The notes under the pieces were generated by a model, which searched no databases, had not been told where the DNA came from, and worked only from the letters and a program-made list of their open reading frames with translations. From Diplonema japonicum (lineage: Eukaryota > Protista > Euglenozoa: Diplonemea): 64,000 bases of DNA. The number at the start of each line of letters is the position of its first letter. Position 1 is the first letter of the stretch. Location: the NCBI GenBank assembly GCA_964019335.1, contig OZ025677.1, positions 1 through 64,000 of the forward strand, written 5' to 3'. Of this stretch, positions 1-11,427 are shown piece by piece. The translations under genes and the position numbers were made by a program.

Positions 1-45
1 GGAGTTTTTGAGGCTTTTAAAATGACCCCCCCCCCCCCCCCAAGG

Positions 46-213
46 CATAGAGTGCATCTTACACGGATATCGTGACAGATTTTCTGAAGATTTCTCAGAT
101 GGGGTCCAAAAAGGATTATTGGGGCATTATAAGGGCAGGATAAAATTCTGTTAATGCCTCTGATAACTTTGCCTGACATCTGATACCGATTCTCGAGTCA
201 GATGCACTCTATG
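46..213. mobile_element. MITE-like element with 14-bp terminal inverted repeats
   Basis: CATAGAGTGCATCT (46-59) and AGATGCACTCTATG (200-213) are perfect inverted repeats, imperfectly extendable into the C/G runs; no convincing coding content. Confidence 0.55.
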
Positions 214-305
214 CTTGGGGGGGAAGAAATCGGACAGTCTTTTTTTTCTTTTTTTTTTTTTAAACTTACAGGAGGGACGGTTTTCTTTCCTTCATCATTC
301 ACGAT

Positions 306-1163
306 TCACGGTGTCGAGAGCAGCAACGGAGGGGTGTCCGAGCCCTGTGAGGCAGCATCGTCCTCCTCGGTCGTGTCCTTCCATTCCTTTTCAATGGCAC
401 GCAGGAAGTCGTTCTCCTCCTCCTCACGCCCAGCAGGTAGACAGCTCAACACATTTTGATTCTGCCCAGCTTGGGGCTGTTGCACACCCGAACTGCTCAC
501 CTCTGCTGTGGTGGGCATACCATGATGACACAAATTGAGGAATTCTTCAGCAGATATAAGCGACGAGTCAGCAAGGGGGAGGACTGTGAGCTGCACAGTG
601 GAGCCGACAGGGTAGGCGGTGAAGGACACGTCGACCATGTCATGTTTGAGCATTGTGCGGGTGAGGGCAATGGACTTGACTGCTGTGTTGACCGTGGTAG
701 GGGAGTCATCAGTGAGAACAAGCCCCACGGGGGTGAGGGAGGCACGGATGATCTTCGATATGGAACCAGCGACCTTCGCTACGTGTGAGCATGACTTAAG
801 CTTCCTGACAACTCTGTGCCCGCATGCTGCTTGGCCCGTCACCCCTTCAGGGAGGTCCTCCAGCTTCATGATGAGCCGCAGGCCAGGGTGCTCCCGTGCC
901 CCGTCCCTTGCCACCGTCGACATGCTTTCTACAGTCGCCCGTACAATCTTCCCTTGGCCCCACATCCTCTTGTTCACCAGTCCCAGCGCACCGAGAACCG
1001 TTCCAATGCTCCCCGCACCCATCCCTTCCACCGCCACGAACCCCTTCGCCTTCAACCTCCCTTCCATCGCACTGCTCAGAAGCCCCGGCTTTGTCGTTCC
1101 ACTCGCCCTCAGCGGGTTGCACAGGTCTCCCGCAGTGGGGTCCTTCTTACTAAGTGAGCGCAT
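306..1163 (-). CDS. Protein with two tandem SpoVS (Alba-like fold) domains and an acidic tail
   Basis: 285-aa ORF, ATG after a poly(A) run. LRASGTTKPGLLSSAM..VEGMGAGSIGTVLGAL and KVAGSISKIIR..TVNTAVKSIALTRTML resemble the SpoVS pattern (VAGAL..IGAGALNQAVKAVAIAR). Confidence 0.7.
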   Translation of the reverse strand: MRSLSKKDPTAGDLCNPLRASGTTKPGLLSSAMEGRLKAKGFVAVEGMGAGSIGTVLGALGLVNKRMWGQGKIVRATVESMSTVARDGAREHPGLRLIMKLEDLPEGVTGQAACGHRVVRKLKSCSHVAKVAGSISKIIRASLTPVGLVLTDDSPTTVNTAVKSIALTRTMLKHDMVDVSFTAYPVGSTVQLTVLPLADSSLISAEEFLNLCHHGMPTTAEVSSSGVQQPQAGQNQNVLSCLPAGREEEENDFLRAIEKEWKDTTEEDDAASQGSDTPPLLLSTP

Positions 1164-1609
1164 TGTTTTTTTTTTTTTTTTTTTTAAATAAAAGGGGGGA
1201 GAAAGGGGAAGAAGTCCACCCCCTCCCTCCCTTTTTTTTTTTTTCTTCCTTCAAAGAAAATCTAAAAAAAAGAAAAAGAAATGGAGAGAGGGATGGGAGG
1301 TATTTTTTATTTTACTTATGAGGGACTTAGAAAAAAAAAAAAAGAAGAAGAAGAGAGTTGAAGTGTATTGACCTGTTGACCTGTAGTACTTTTGGAAGAC
1401 GTTCACGCAAAGAACTCACCACATGTGACTAAGTCCACGCCAAGCACGTACTTTGCATAGGCACCAACGAAAGAAGTCTCCTCAAGAAAAAGCTACTCTT
1501 CTCTTTGCCACAAGGAGGCTGGAATAACTCGGTAAAAGTCTTAATAAAAGAATAAACGAATAAAGGGATGGGAGGAGGGGGCGGGCGGGACATATATTAT
1601 GGATGGCAG

Positions 1610-1644
<35 letters not shown>

Positions 1645-3020
1645 AGAGAATTCCCCACAAAGTTTTAGTACTTCAGGAAGAAAAAAAAAAGGGGGTTCGA
1701 GAAAATGGCTGATAGAAGGGAAAAGGGAAAAAACTTGGCTTCTTTTTTTTATAAGGACACCTCATAGAAAGGGGTGGGGGGGGGGGTCACAATGACCCTT
1801 AGTCTCTTTACGGGCATTATTTTTTTTTTTTCCTCTTTTTTTGCTGACAGAACACATAACGGATTTTCTTTCTTCTCCTCTGTCTCCTGACGTACTGTAG
1901 AGACGAAAAGGAGGTCGTTGTTTCCCCTCCTCCCTTTTCCCCTCCCCTCCCCCCCCCCTTACCCCCACGCCAAGTTTTTTTTAGTAAAATTTGCCCAGAT
2001 TCAGTTTTTTTTTCTTTTCTTCTTTTTTTTTCCCCCTTCTTTCTATCACTCCTTTTCGCCCAGCGATTCCCTCCTTTTTTTTTTTTTTTTTATAGAATAG
2101 AACTGTGTGAAATACTAAACGACTTCCAGCCCTTACAATAATACCCCACCCCCCCCTTGACACCTACTCCTAGGTGACTTTTGAAATCTGTTTACAGTAT
2201 GGATTTACTATAGTCACTCTGGGAAAGAACCAAAGGTGATTGAAGAATCTAGTTCTACTCAATTGTAGTGACAGGCTCGGCAAGAGACAAGCACTTTCAA
2301 CAGGTGAAAGACTTCTTGAGTTTCTTCTTTTTTTTTTCTTTTTTTTTTTTGCTTGAAAGAGCGAGTCTTTGACTTGTCTAAATAAAAAGGGGAACGTTGG
2401 CAACGTGTTTCGGGTTTACAAACTTCTCCAGGTTTTTACCCGGCACGTACAAACAACGGCCAGTTCCTCTTTTTTTTCCTCTTTTCTTTTTCTTTCTTTC
2501 TTTTGTTTTTTTTCTTTATCGCATGACATTTTCCCAAGTAAAAAAAAAAAAAAATACAAAAATTGTCTTTTTTTTTTTTTGTCCCAAAAAACTGACGCAT
2601 CTTTCAAGGCAGCAAGAATGGCTGACATGGACTTCAAGATCTGGTTACAGGGCACACTACTCCCAAGTCGCCCCCCGTGGTTATACTGTCATTACAATCA
2701 GAGCCCAAAAGCTGTTTTTTATAATAAAAAAAAAAATGTGTTCACGCAATAGCGAAACTCAGCCAGTTTCTTTTTTTTTTTTTTTTTTTGTTCTCTTTTT
2801 GGCAGCGCGAGCGGTTTTTTTTTTCTTCAAAGAGTCGAACATGGGCTAGACAAATAGTAATTGTAAATTGTCAGATGCCGCTGTGGAAAAAGTTCGGACA
2901 TTTGCCAGTCCGGCACTTCCTCATTTTCCAGTATTTGTAAAGCTTCTGCTTAGCACTATTGCATAGTATTTCATTTCTTTTTTTGAGATTCTTCTTCTTC
3001 TTTTTTTTTTTTCTTTCCTC

Positions 3021-3120
3021 TTGTTTGTGCGCACGAGCGGGATTTTACCTAATAAAATAGCTCATTACGCTGCCATCAACTAGTTTTTTTTAGTCTCGAC
3101 AACAATATTCAATTTAAAAC
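3021..3120. repeat. ~100-bp dispersed repeat, copy 1
   Basis: TTGTTTGTGCGCACGAGCGG..CTCATTACGCTGCCATCAACTAG..GTCTCGACAA is near-identical to 20967-21062. Confidence 0.8.
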
Positions 3121-3127
3121 AAAAAAA

Positions 3128-3348
3128 TAAGAGTTGAAGGAGGCCGGTATTGGCGGCGCCCTGCACAAGTGCTGTCTACTTGATAACACGGTGCGCTCCT
3201 CGGCCGAGTTGTAGCTTCTTCTGCGTTCCGTGTCGTGTCCTTAATGCGTGCGGTGTGCAACTCAACCCCAGCCGGGGCCCCGTCCCGGGTAACCAAAATT
3301 CTGCGCTCGTGCTCTACCACTTCTTATATTTCCATGTTATCCCCACCT
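3128..3348 (-). mobile_element. Non-autonomous ribozyme-headed retroelement, copy 1 (ribozyme core deleted, A-type tail)
   Basis: Homologous to 3560-3881 but lacks ~100 nt including the P3/L3/P4 region. Confidence 0.85.
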
Positions 3349-3559
3349 TAAAAAAATAAAGAATAGAATGGGAGGGCGTTTTTTTTTTTTTTTTTTTTTT
3401 TGCCCTCTTTCTTTTGCAAAAAAAAAAAAAAAAAAAAGAGAACCAGAAAAGTGGAACAGATGAGGGGGGGGGGGGGGGAATTAAAAGAACGAAATTTACT
3501 ATCCAGTCAGAAATTTATATTAAAAAAAAACCCACACTAAAAAAAAAAAAAAAAAAAAA

Positions 3560-3881
3560 TATGAGTTAAAGGAGGCCGGTGTTGGCGGCGCCCTGCACAA
3601 GAACTGTCTACTTGATTACAGGGGGCGTACCGCGGCCGAGTTGTAGCTTCTTCTGCGTTCCGCGTCGTGTCCTTAATGCGTGCGGTGTGCAGCTCAACCC
3701 CAGCCGGGGCGTCCCGGGTAACCAAGATTCTGAGCTCGTGCAGTTTGCTGCCTGTTCGTCACCCTGAGCATCTGCTTTATGTTCTTCCACTCGGGCGCTA
3801 CCGGTGATGACCGACGAGGAGGTCAACAGCGAACAACACATCTGATGTTTTTCTTATATTTTCATGTTATCCCCACCACCT
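3560..3881 (-). mobile_element. Non-autonomous ribozyme-headed retroelement, copy 2 (A-type tail)
   Basis: Starts AGGTGGTG after a T-run; ends CCTTTAACTCATAT+T-run, the same terminus as the LINE at 33022. Confidence 0.9.
3747..3880 (-). ncRNA. HDV-like self-cleaving ribozyme (predicted)
   Basis: P1 GGUGGUG/CAUCACC; P2 GCUGUUG/CAGGCAGC; P3 ACC/GGU; L3 UCCUCGUC; P1.1 CC/GG; P4 CGCCC-GAG/CUC-A-GGGUG; J4/2 ACGAA containing the catalytic C. Confidence 0.85.
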
Positions 3882-3957
3882 GAAAAAAAAGGAAGAAAAA
3901 AAAAAAAAGATAACTGTTAATTTATGAAAAAAAAACTAGATTTTTCAAAGAAAAATG

Positions 3958-4125
3958 AAATTCACTATGATAGCAACGGCCCGCAATGAAAAGTTCTAAC
4001 CTAATTCTTATACCATTATTGTTCTTTGGTGCCTCCCTTCGGATTTAGCCTTGGTCTTGGTTGCGGTTTCCCCACAGCCCCCAGGATTGCACCCTTTAAC
4101 TTTCGAATTCTTTTTAGCACTGCCC
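3958..4125 (-). mobile_element. Probable 3' fragment of a further non-LTR family (D-type tail)
   Basis: Minus strand reads LKRIRKLKGAILGAVGKPQPRPRLNPKGGTKEQ*, a basic C-terminus like that of the LINE ORF2. It is followed by GCGGGCCGTTGCTATCATAGTGAA, shared with 45536-45578. Confidence 0.4.
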
Positions 4126-5693
4126 ATTACAGAGAAAATACATCAAGTACTTTATTTATATGCCGGGCCAAAGCTTTCAAGAAGAAATTGGAAGTAAATA
4201 AACTTTCTGGTTTTTGATAAAAAAAAAAAAAAGAAAAAAAAAAGAATCTGGGGGAAATGCTGCGTGGGAGAACAAAGGCCGTGTCTTCTCATGGAAGTAT
4301 AAACCTTTATTACTATTTTTTTTTTTTTTTTTAAATCTTTTTCAGCTTTCGTCGCATCAACCTGAACCCGCAAACCAAAACATCTGGTTGGGGAAGACAA
4401 GGTAAAATTGGATCTTAACCTTGATTTTAGGTAGGCCCGGGATATAAACCCCTGTATTCAGAATAATAAGAAATTATAAAAAGAAAAAAAAAGAAGAAAA
4501 AAAAAAAAAGAAAGAAAGCTAGCAAGGCATCACCGCTGGCACACACAACAACAACACCACTTAACAAAAAAAAAAAAAAGAAAAAATAAATATGAAGGCA
4601 AGCCTTAGCGATGGTTATGATTCCCTTCCCCTTTCTTTCCGTTCTAATGATTTTTTTTCTTTCCTTTCTTTTTTTTTCCTTATTCTTTTTTGTTTTTCTT
4701 TTTCTTGTTTCTAATGTACATTCACGGGGGGGGGGGGGGGGGTTCCTCTTTTGTTTTCCCTTCCTTTTTTTGATTGATGAGAGAAAAAATGAAAAAAAAA
4801 AACGTAAATTAGCAAAAGAAAAGAATAAAGGTTTTTTTTTTCTTTTTTTTTTTCTTCTTCTTACCACTCGGCTTGTTCTACTCTACTTTTAAAAACACAG
4901 ACATGCAGAGTAAAGCCTTTACAAGAGCAGAGATATGTGTGCTGGCCTTGTGTTTTTTTATTATTATTTACCCCCCTTTTTTTTCAACAAAAAGAAAACG
5001 GATGAACAGCTTCAGACTCACTCCGTCTTAGCGATTGCATTATTATTTCGCTCTTTTTTTTTTGTCTCTATGAAAGATTTACACTCCTTTTCATTTCACT
5101 CTTAGAAGTCTCATTTTTTTTTTTTTTTTGTTTAACGGCAGCCAGAAACCTGGAGAAAAAGTTTATTCAAGCTTACAACCTGGAGATAGGTTTATTTCTT
5201 TTGAAAAAAAAAAAATTATAAAAGAATCTACGCTGGAGCTTATTGCCTCTCACCTCTTTTCTCTTTTGCAGCCTGCCTTGTTGGGGGGAAGCAAAAGAAA
5301 ATAGTAACGAAACTCTCGAACCCATACCATATCTCGGAGACGCTAAAAATTCTTTTGCAAGGAGCTTGGAGGGGGGAATCCGGGGGGGGGGGATATTTTT
5401 TTGAGATACGGGGGACACTTCATCACATACGAGAAAAAAAGGGAAAAAAAAGAAGAAAAAAAGTGTTTTTTTTTTTTTTTTTTTTTTTTATATTTCATCT
5501 GCCAAGCTATAAAAAAGTTTTTTTAAGGATTGGGTTATATTCCGATATCAGAATAGCATTACTATACTTTAAATAATGAAAAAAAGAAGGGGGGGGGGGA
5601 AAATACTTCAACTTCAACTCTTCTTTTTTTTTTTTGATTTCTGAAATTCTCACAACAAAAAAAAAAAAAAAAAAAAAACAAAGAAAAAAAAAT

Positions 5694-5989
5694 GACTACT
5701 TATTTACCAAATAAAAATCAGATTACCTGATTTTTACGAGGAATGTTATTTTTTCACGAGTAGATTAATTTCACGAGCGAAACGAGTGAAATTAAAAAAA
5801 AACGTGGAAAAAAAAAAAAAAAAACATCCCGAGTAAAAAAAACCTAGCTGATTTTTATTTAGTATGATATTTTATTTAATTTTTGCAAAGTTAAATGGGA
5901 AAAAATTCGGGAACACCAAGAAAGCTGATGCAAGACACGGCTCAATTTTCTCATTTGACTACATTTATAGGCAGAGCAATGCTGAGTTT

Positions 5990-6026
<37 letters not shown>

Positions 6027-6269
6027 GTAACGTGCCGTAGCTCATTTTGGAAATCGGGTCAAAAACCCGGACCTTCGGGGCTTGAACCCACAACCCCTGA
6101 AACCCCGGCCGAGGGTCCTGACCATTGATATGCGACGGTGTAAGCCCCCAGATTCAAAAAATAAAGACGAAACACCGAAGAACCCCGGAAACTTCTGAGT
6201 AAAAATAAGATTTTAGCCTATTATACTTTCAGAATATTCTTCATGTAACTTTGCGGAATTAAATAAAAA
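5694..6269 (+). mobile_element. Palindromic non-autonomous DNA element (Crypton-like architecture) with tRNA-like core
   Basis: Palindromic module with TTTCACGAGCGAAACGAGTGAAA hairpin, then internal inverted repeats 5870-5908 / 6232-6268; same layout as 61087-61911. Confidence 0.55.
6063..6140 (-). other. tRNA-like (A/B-box) degenerate sequence
   Basis: TGGTCAGG A-box-like and GGGTTCAAGCCCC T-arm/B-box; no proper cloverleaf. Confidence 0.4.
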
Positions 6270-6569
6270 GAAGAAGGGGGGGGAAAAAAAAAGGAAGACA
6301 AAGACTCTTACCTTTACCCGTCCACGGCAGCTTTTTTTTTTTCTTTTTTTTTCTCTTTTTTCTTTTTTTGTATCCCTTCTTTTTTTCTTTTCCTTTTTTT
6401 CTTTCCCCTTTGTTCCTCCACTTTCGACCACCAGCATTGCCAGAAAAAGAAGAAAAAAAAAAAAAAAGTTCCAGAACCGGGATAGTAGTGGGGGGTGACA
6501 GTACAGTGCTGAAGAGATTTGCAAAGAAAGAGAGGAGAGAAATGAGTACAAAGTAATATTTAATAAAGG

Positions 6570-6607
<38 letters not shown>

Positions 6608-7165
6608 TCAGAAAAATATAAAAAAGAATTATCCAGGGCCCATGCCAGCTGGAAGCTCTTGTCTATTTGTTATTGTCCTCAATATATGAGCTCGTCCGGA
6701 TCAAAATGTCCACACATTTTTTTTTTGGCAGTTCGAACATCTTTTGTTTTGATTATTTGAGCAAAAAAAGGTGTACCTGTTGCCATTCAATTGCGATGCT
6801 TGTTCTGCCATGAGGGTGGCAGGCTTTGCAACTCAGGGAAGCGAAATGTTGCTTAAAATGCAACATCTAGGGTGCCAAAGAGTGGTTGATCAAGCGTATT
6901 TGTGACCTGGGTTTATAACAACCCTATTTTTTTTTTTTTTTTCTTCTTCAAGCTGTTGTATATTTGGCCTAAAAAACCAATTCTTAACACTTCCCTCACA
7001 TAGGAGGGTCCTTTGTTGACATTTTTTTCGGACGAGCTCATACATATATATATATTTTTTTTCTTTCTCCTTCCATGAGACCGCCCGCTCGCAGAAAAGT
7101 GTGTTAAAAAGAAAAGAAGAAATCACTACAGGAAGGAAGAGATTTAAGGCAGCACATCGACCAGC

Positions 7166-7202
<37 letters not shown>

Positions 7203-7294
7203 CACATTCCTTTTTTTCATAGTATCCAGGGTTAACCGATCACCCGCGGGTTTTTAATTACAATCGGGTTTTAAATTGACGTCAAATGAAAGGC

Positions 7295-7985
7295 GAGCAT
7301 GCAACCATGCTTAAAACCCTTATATTCGTATCCCGGGCCCCCCAGATACACAAAGCCGGCCCCAGGGAGCATCAAAACGACTTAGAAAAGGATTATTTTC
7401 TCGAAAAGCTGTTTTTTCGCTTTTTTTGACGGGTTTTTAATTAAAAGCGAAAAAACAAAAAAAATCGAAAATCAAAAATTAAAACAGGAGGAGAGCATGC
7501 AATCATGCTTAAAACCCTTCGTTTCATCCCCCGGGCCCCCCAGATACACAAAGCCGACCCCAGGGAGCATCAAAATGACATAGAAAAGGATTATTTTCCC
7601 GAAAAGCTGGTGCTTCCCTGTTTCAGGCAGGATCCTAATTGGGAGCGAAATCAAAAGTCAATAATTAAAACGGGAGGAGAGCATGCAACCATGCATATAA
7701 CAACCCTTTTATTCGTCCCCCGGGCCCCCCAGATACACAAAGCCGACCCCAGGGAGCATCAAAACGACTTAGAAAAGGATTATTTTCCCGAAAAGCTGTT
7801 TTTTCGCTTTTTTTGGCGGTTTTTCTTCTTTTTTCTGTTTAAATAGGAGCGAAATCAAAAATCAATAATTAGAACGGGAGGAGAGCATGCAACCATACTT
7901 ATAACCCTTCTATTCGTCTCCCGGACCTCCCAGGTACACAACGCCTGCATCGAAACAACTTAGAAAAGGATTATTTTCCCGAAAA
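7295..7985. repeat. Four tandem ~190-200 bp subterminal repeats inside the hAT element
   Basis: GAGCATGCAA(C/T)CAT...TAGAAAAGGATTATTTTC units begin near 7295, 7493, 7679 and 7883. Confidence 0.85.
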
Positions 7986-8239
7986 TCGGCATTCTCCCTG
8001 TTTTTGGCGGGTTTTTAACTGGGCACGAAAGTCAATAATGAAAAACATTGAAACTTGAACGGGAAGTAGCAACGCACAAAGTAAGGGGGCGCCTTGAAAA
8101 GCTCCATGGGACACACGGAAGCGTGCCCGTTGAGGCAGGATGTTCACCCACAGAGAACTGAATGCACGCACACAGCGATGAACGCCCAATTTCTTACCTC
8201 CCTGCTTGCAACCCGGCGTGCCTGAGAACGTGGTGCCTG

Positions 8240-8497
8240 TCAGACGAAGACAGAGCACCACTGATGTCCTGGTTCAGGTACAAGAACAACAGCTGCCTTC
8301 GTACGTCTGGTGTGAGGCGGACGCATCTCTCCGAACTTGGCGTCGATCGAGGAGAACACCGCGTCCACGGCTGTTACCACAGGCTGCGCGTACAGCAGCG
8401 ACAAGGCACTGGCATGCAAAACAGGGAGAGCAGCTTTCTGAGCCAGCCACCACGCTTCGATATCGAATGAGGTACTCGTCTCAAGGCTGTGGTCCAT
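8240..8497 (-). pseudogene. hAT transposase C-terminal dimerisation domain remnant
   Basis: FDIEAWWLAQKAALPVLHASALSLLYAQPVVTAVDAVFS matches the hAT pattern WW...P.L...A..LL......ER.FS. Confidence 0.75.
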
Positions 8498-9864
8498 TTG
8501 GGCTATGGCCGAGTAGGACAGCCATTCCTCCTCTTACACGTCTTGCGGAGGTAGGCTGTCGCGTACTGTTGCGAAGCCGGCCTGCACCCAGGAGAATTAC
8601 AGGTCTGAAAACCAGTTTTGTCAAAACTGCATTTAAGGCCTTAAATAAGGCTCTATTTTGGGTTTTAATGGCTGGAATGGGCTCAGATCGTCAAAATAGG
8701 GTTTTTGAAAAAAAAAAATTTGAGCATGGTCTTGGTATTTTTTGCCAGAAATATGGGTTTTGGATCGATCAAACCGATCCGAAATTAAAAAAAAACCGAT
8801 CAAACCGATCCGAAATGAGAAAAAAACCGATCATTAACCCGACTGTGATCGAAAATCTAAAATTGCTCGGGTCGGGTTTTCAAAACCCGAAGGTGATCGG
8901 TTAACCCTGGACACTATGTTTTTTTTTTAAAATATTTTTTAAAAAAAAAAAAGTTTTTTTTTTTTTTTTTTCCACTATTTTTTTTTTCTTTTTCTTTTTT
9001 CCAGCTCTTCTTTCTTGTTCATTCGATGGAATCAAATATTTTTGAAAGGGGGGACATCGATTGCCTGCTCAAGATTGAAAGATACCATTTGTGGGACCTG
9101 ATAAGCAGCATGCAGACTTTAATCCACAGCACTCCTCCCCATAGCGTTGGCACTGTTCGCCAACAACGAATTCTCAAGGTGGGGGGGGGGGGGGGGGGGG
9201 AAGAAGAAAAAAAATAGAGCGCACAACCGCGGCACATACCTACCGCTACCGATTGCGTCTCGCAATAAAAAAAAAGGGGGGGGGATCACGAGGCATTTTT
9301 TGACAACTTATTGCAAAAAAATGCCGCATTTCTTTGGAAACTTAGATTTTTTTTTTTTTTTGATCGAAAAATAATCGCTTGTCGGAATACCGGATTTGGG
9401 CTTATGTACGAGCTGGTTCGTGAAGTAGTGGATGCAGATGCAGATGCTGTGAAAAACGAAAAATATGACTAGAGAGATCCGACAGCCTGCACTACATGGT
9501 GTGTGATGCATGTTATTCCCCAATCCAAGAAGAAGAAAAAAAAAAAAAAAGAAGAAGAAAAAAAAAAGAAGAATCAGCTCCTATTGCACTTCATTTTGTT
9601 TGGGAGAAAAGGGGAAAAAAAAAAAAACGTTGGGGGGAAATTGAGGCCCCCCGCTCAAATAGCTTTTGGAAAAATGACTTTGCAAACAAGCAAACCCATG
9701 GACTATGTGACAGATGTCAATAGGTGCGTGGAAAAAAAAAAGTCGTTTTTAATGCTTTTTCTGTTCGTGGCACGCAGTGCCCCCCCCCCCCCCAGTAGAA
9801 AATCAAAATTGTAGTCGAGAGACGGCTATATGAAAAAAGAAAAAAAAAAGAAAAGAAACAAAAC

Positions 9865-9899
<35 letters not shown>

Positions 9900-10064
9900 A
9901 ATATAGAAACAATTTTTTTTTTTCCTTTTTTAAAAGCTCATCCCCCCAGCCCCTCCCCCACAATCTCTTTTTTTTAAAAAAAAAAAACCCCCCCCCAAAA
10001 GTACAACCTTACCGCTGCTGTAAAGCCAATACTACCCCCCCCCCCCCCCCCCCCCCCATTTTCT

Positions 10065-11427
10065 TTACAACCCCACAATCTTATGAACTAAATCCAAAGT
10101 CGCGTGCATGGACGCAGTACTTGTCGCACGCAGCCAGATAGGAGGTCGGTTCGAGAAGAAAACTCCAAGAACAGCACCTGTCCCCACTTCCTATAAATTT
10201 TTTTTTCTCTTCTTCTTCTTCCCCCCCCTCCCTCCCCCTTACCTTTTGAGATATAGGGCAAGCGTTGACAATATCAGACGAATAAACGACGGTGTTGCCT
10301 TGGCAAGTTATTTTAACACCGGCGTCTTCCTCAACCGTGCAGTCGTACCACTCAACCTCACCAGCAGGGGTTACAACGGCTTGCTGGAGCTTTGGTGCCA
10401 TTGATGTTGTGGGTGAACGAATGCCTTCCGGGTCCCATTCGGGTGAAGTAACGTGCAAGGATATGGAAGCGAGCAGTTCATCCCTCTCGGGGAGGTTCGT
10501 TTTCTTCCTGACCACCCGGAGCAGAGACGCGAACGCCTGCTGCAGGTACTCCTTCAACATAAGAGACGACAGGGAAATTCTCGTCCCAGGATGTTTATCA
10601 AGCATCATACGGCAAATGTCAATAAGAGCTGCTGAAAACTGATCGGACGATACCGGCGGGGGCGTCTGGTGCATGATGGCCGATCGAAGATCGTTCATAT
10701 TCGTTGAGTAAAAAGGTTTTTGCAGACATAACAATTCGTACAAAACAATGCCCAAGGACCAGACTTCCGCTTGTTTATTATACAGAACCATCTCCCAAAG
10801 CTCAGGTGCAAGGTAGCACGGTGTTCCGCAGAAAGTACCAGCCACGGGATTTGAAATTGTATCAGAGTAGATGTTTGCGTAGCCGAAGTCCCCTACCTTG
10901 ACGATGCCTTGGGCGGTGAGGAAAATATTTGCGGTTTTGAGGTCGCGGTGGAGCATTCTAGCGGAGTGTATGGCCGATACAGCTGAGCATATCTGAGCGA
11001 AGATAAAGGAGATCTCGTGCTCTTTGAATCTTTCCTTCATGTCCCTCCTGCCTTGGATTTGTTTTTCAAGGTCGCCGCCCTCAGCGTACTCCATCAGGAT
11101 GAGAAGAGTTTTGTCTGTGCGAACATCGTCCAGGTACCTGACCACATTTGGATGTTTTAGTAAAGACAGGCAGCGAATCTCGGAGCACGCGTATTTTACG
11201 TCCCTTACCGACATTGAGTGCATGCTGAAGACTTTTGCGACAGCGAAGCCGCCTTTTTTCACGTTTTTTACGAGCTGGGCGTCGCCGTGAGCACCGCCTC
11301 CGAGGGATTTTACCTTTATGTAAGCTGCGTTGCTGTACTCGTCTCCTATCCATTTGGTGAGCTCGTCGTCGGTTTTGCTGCTGTGGACCTCTCCTGTGCT
11401 GTCGGCTATCGCATCTAGACAAGACAT
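10065..11427 (-). CDS. NIMA-related (NEK/NRK-type) Ser/Thr kinase with C-terminal PH-like domain; one intron at 10191-10242
   Basis: GxGxHG, VAK, HRDLKTANIFL, GDFG and GTPCYLAPELW motifs. Removing the 52-nt GTAAG...TATAG intron gives a PH-like end EVGTGAVLGVFFSNRPPIWLRATSTASMHATLDLVHKIVGL*. Confidence 0.9.

Larger units (their letters stand above)
7218..8918 (-). mobile_element. hAT-superfamily internally deleted transposon
   Basis: ~37-bp imperfect TIRs CATAGTATCCAGGGTTAACCGATCACC / GGTGATCGGTTAACCCTGGACACTATG, T-run flanks, subterminal AACCGATC repeats (8770-8850), and a hAT dimerisation-domain remnant. Confidence 0.85.

Noticed and set aside
1568-7207. Numerous short poly-K/poly-F ORFs here and in other spacers
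   Set aside because: Artefacts of A/T homopolymer runs
7295-7985. Possible CRISPR array
   Set aside because: Units are ~200 bp with homologous, not unique, spacers; they lie inside a hAT element and no cas genes are present
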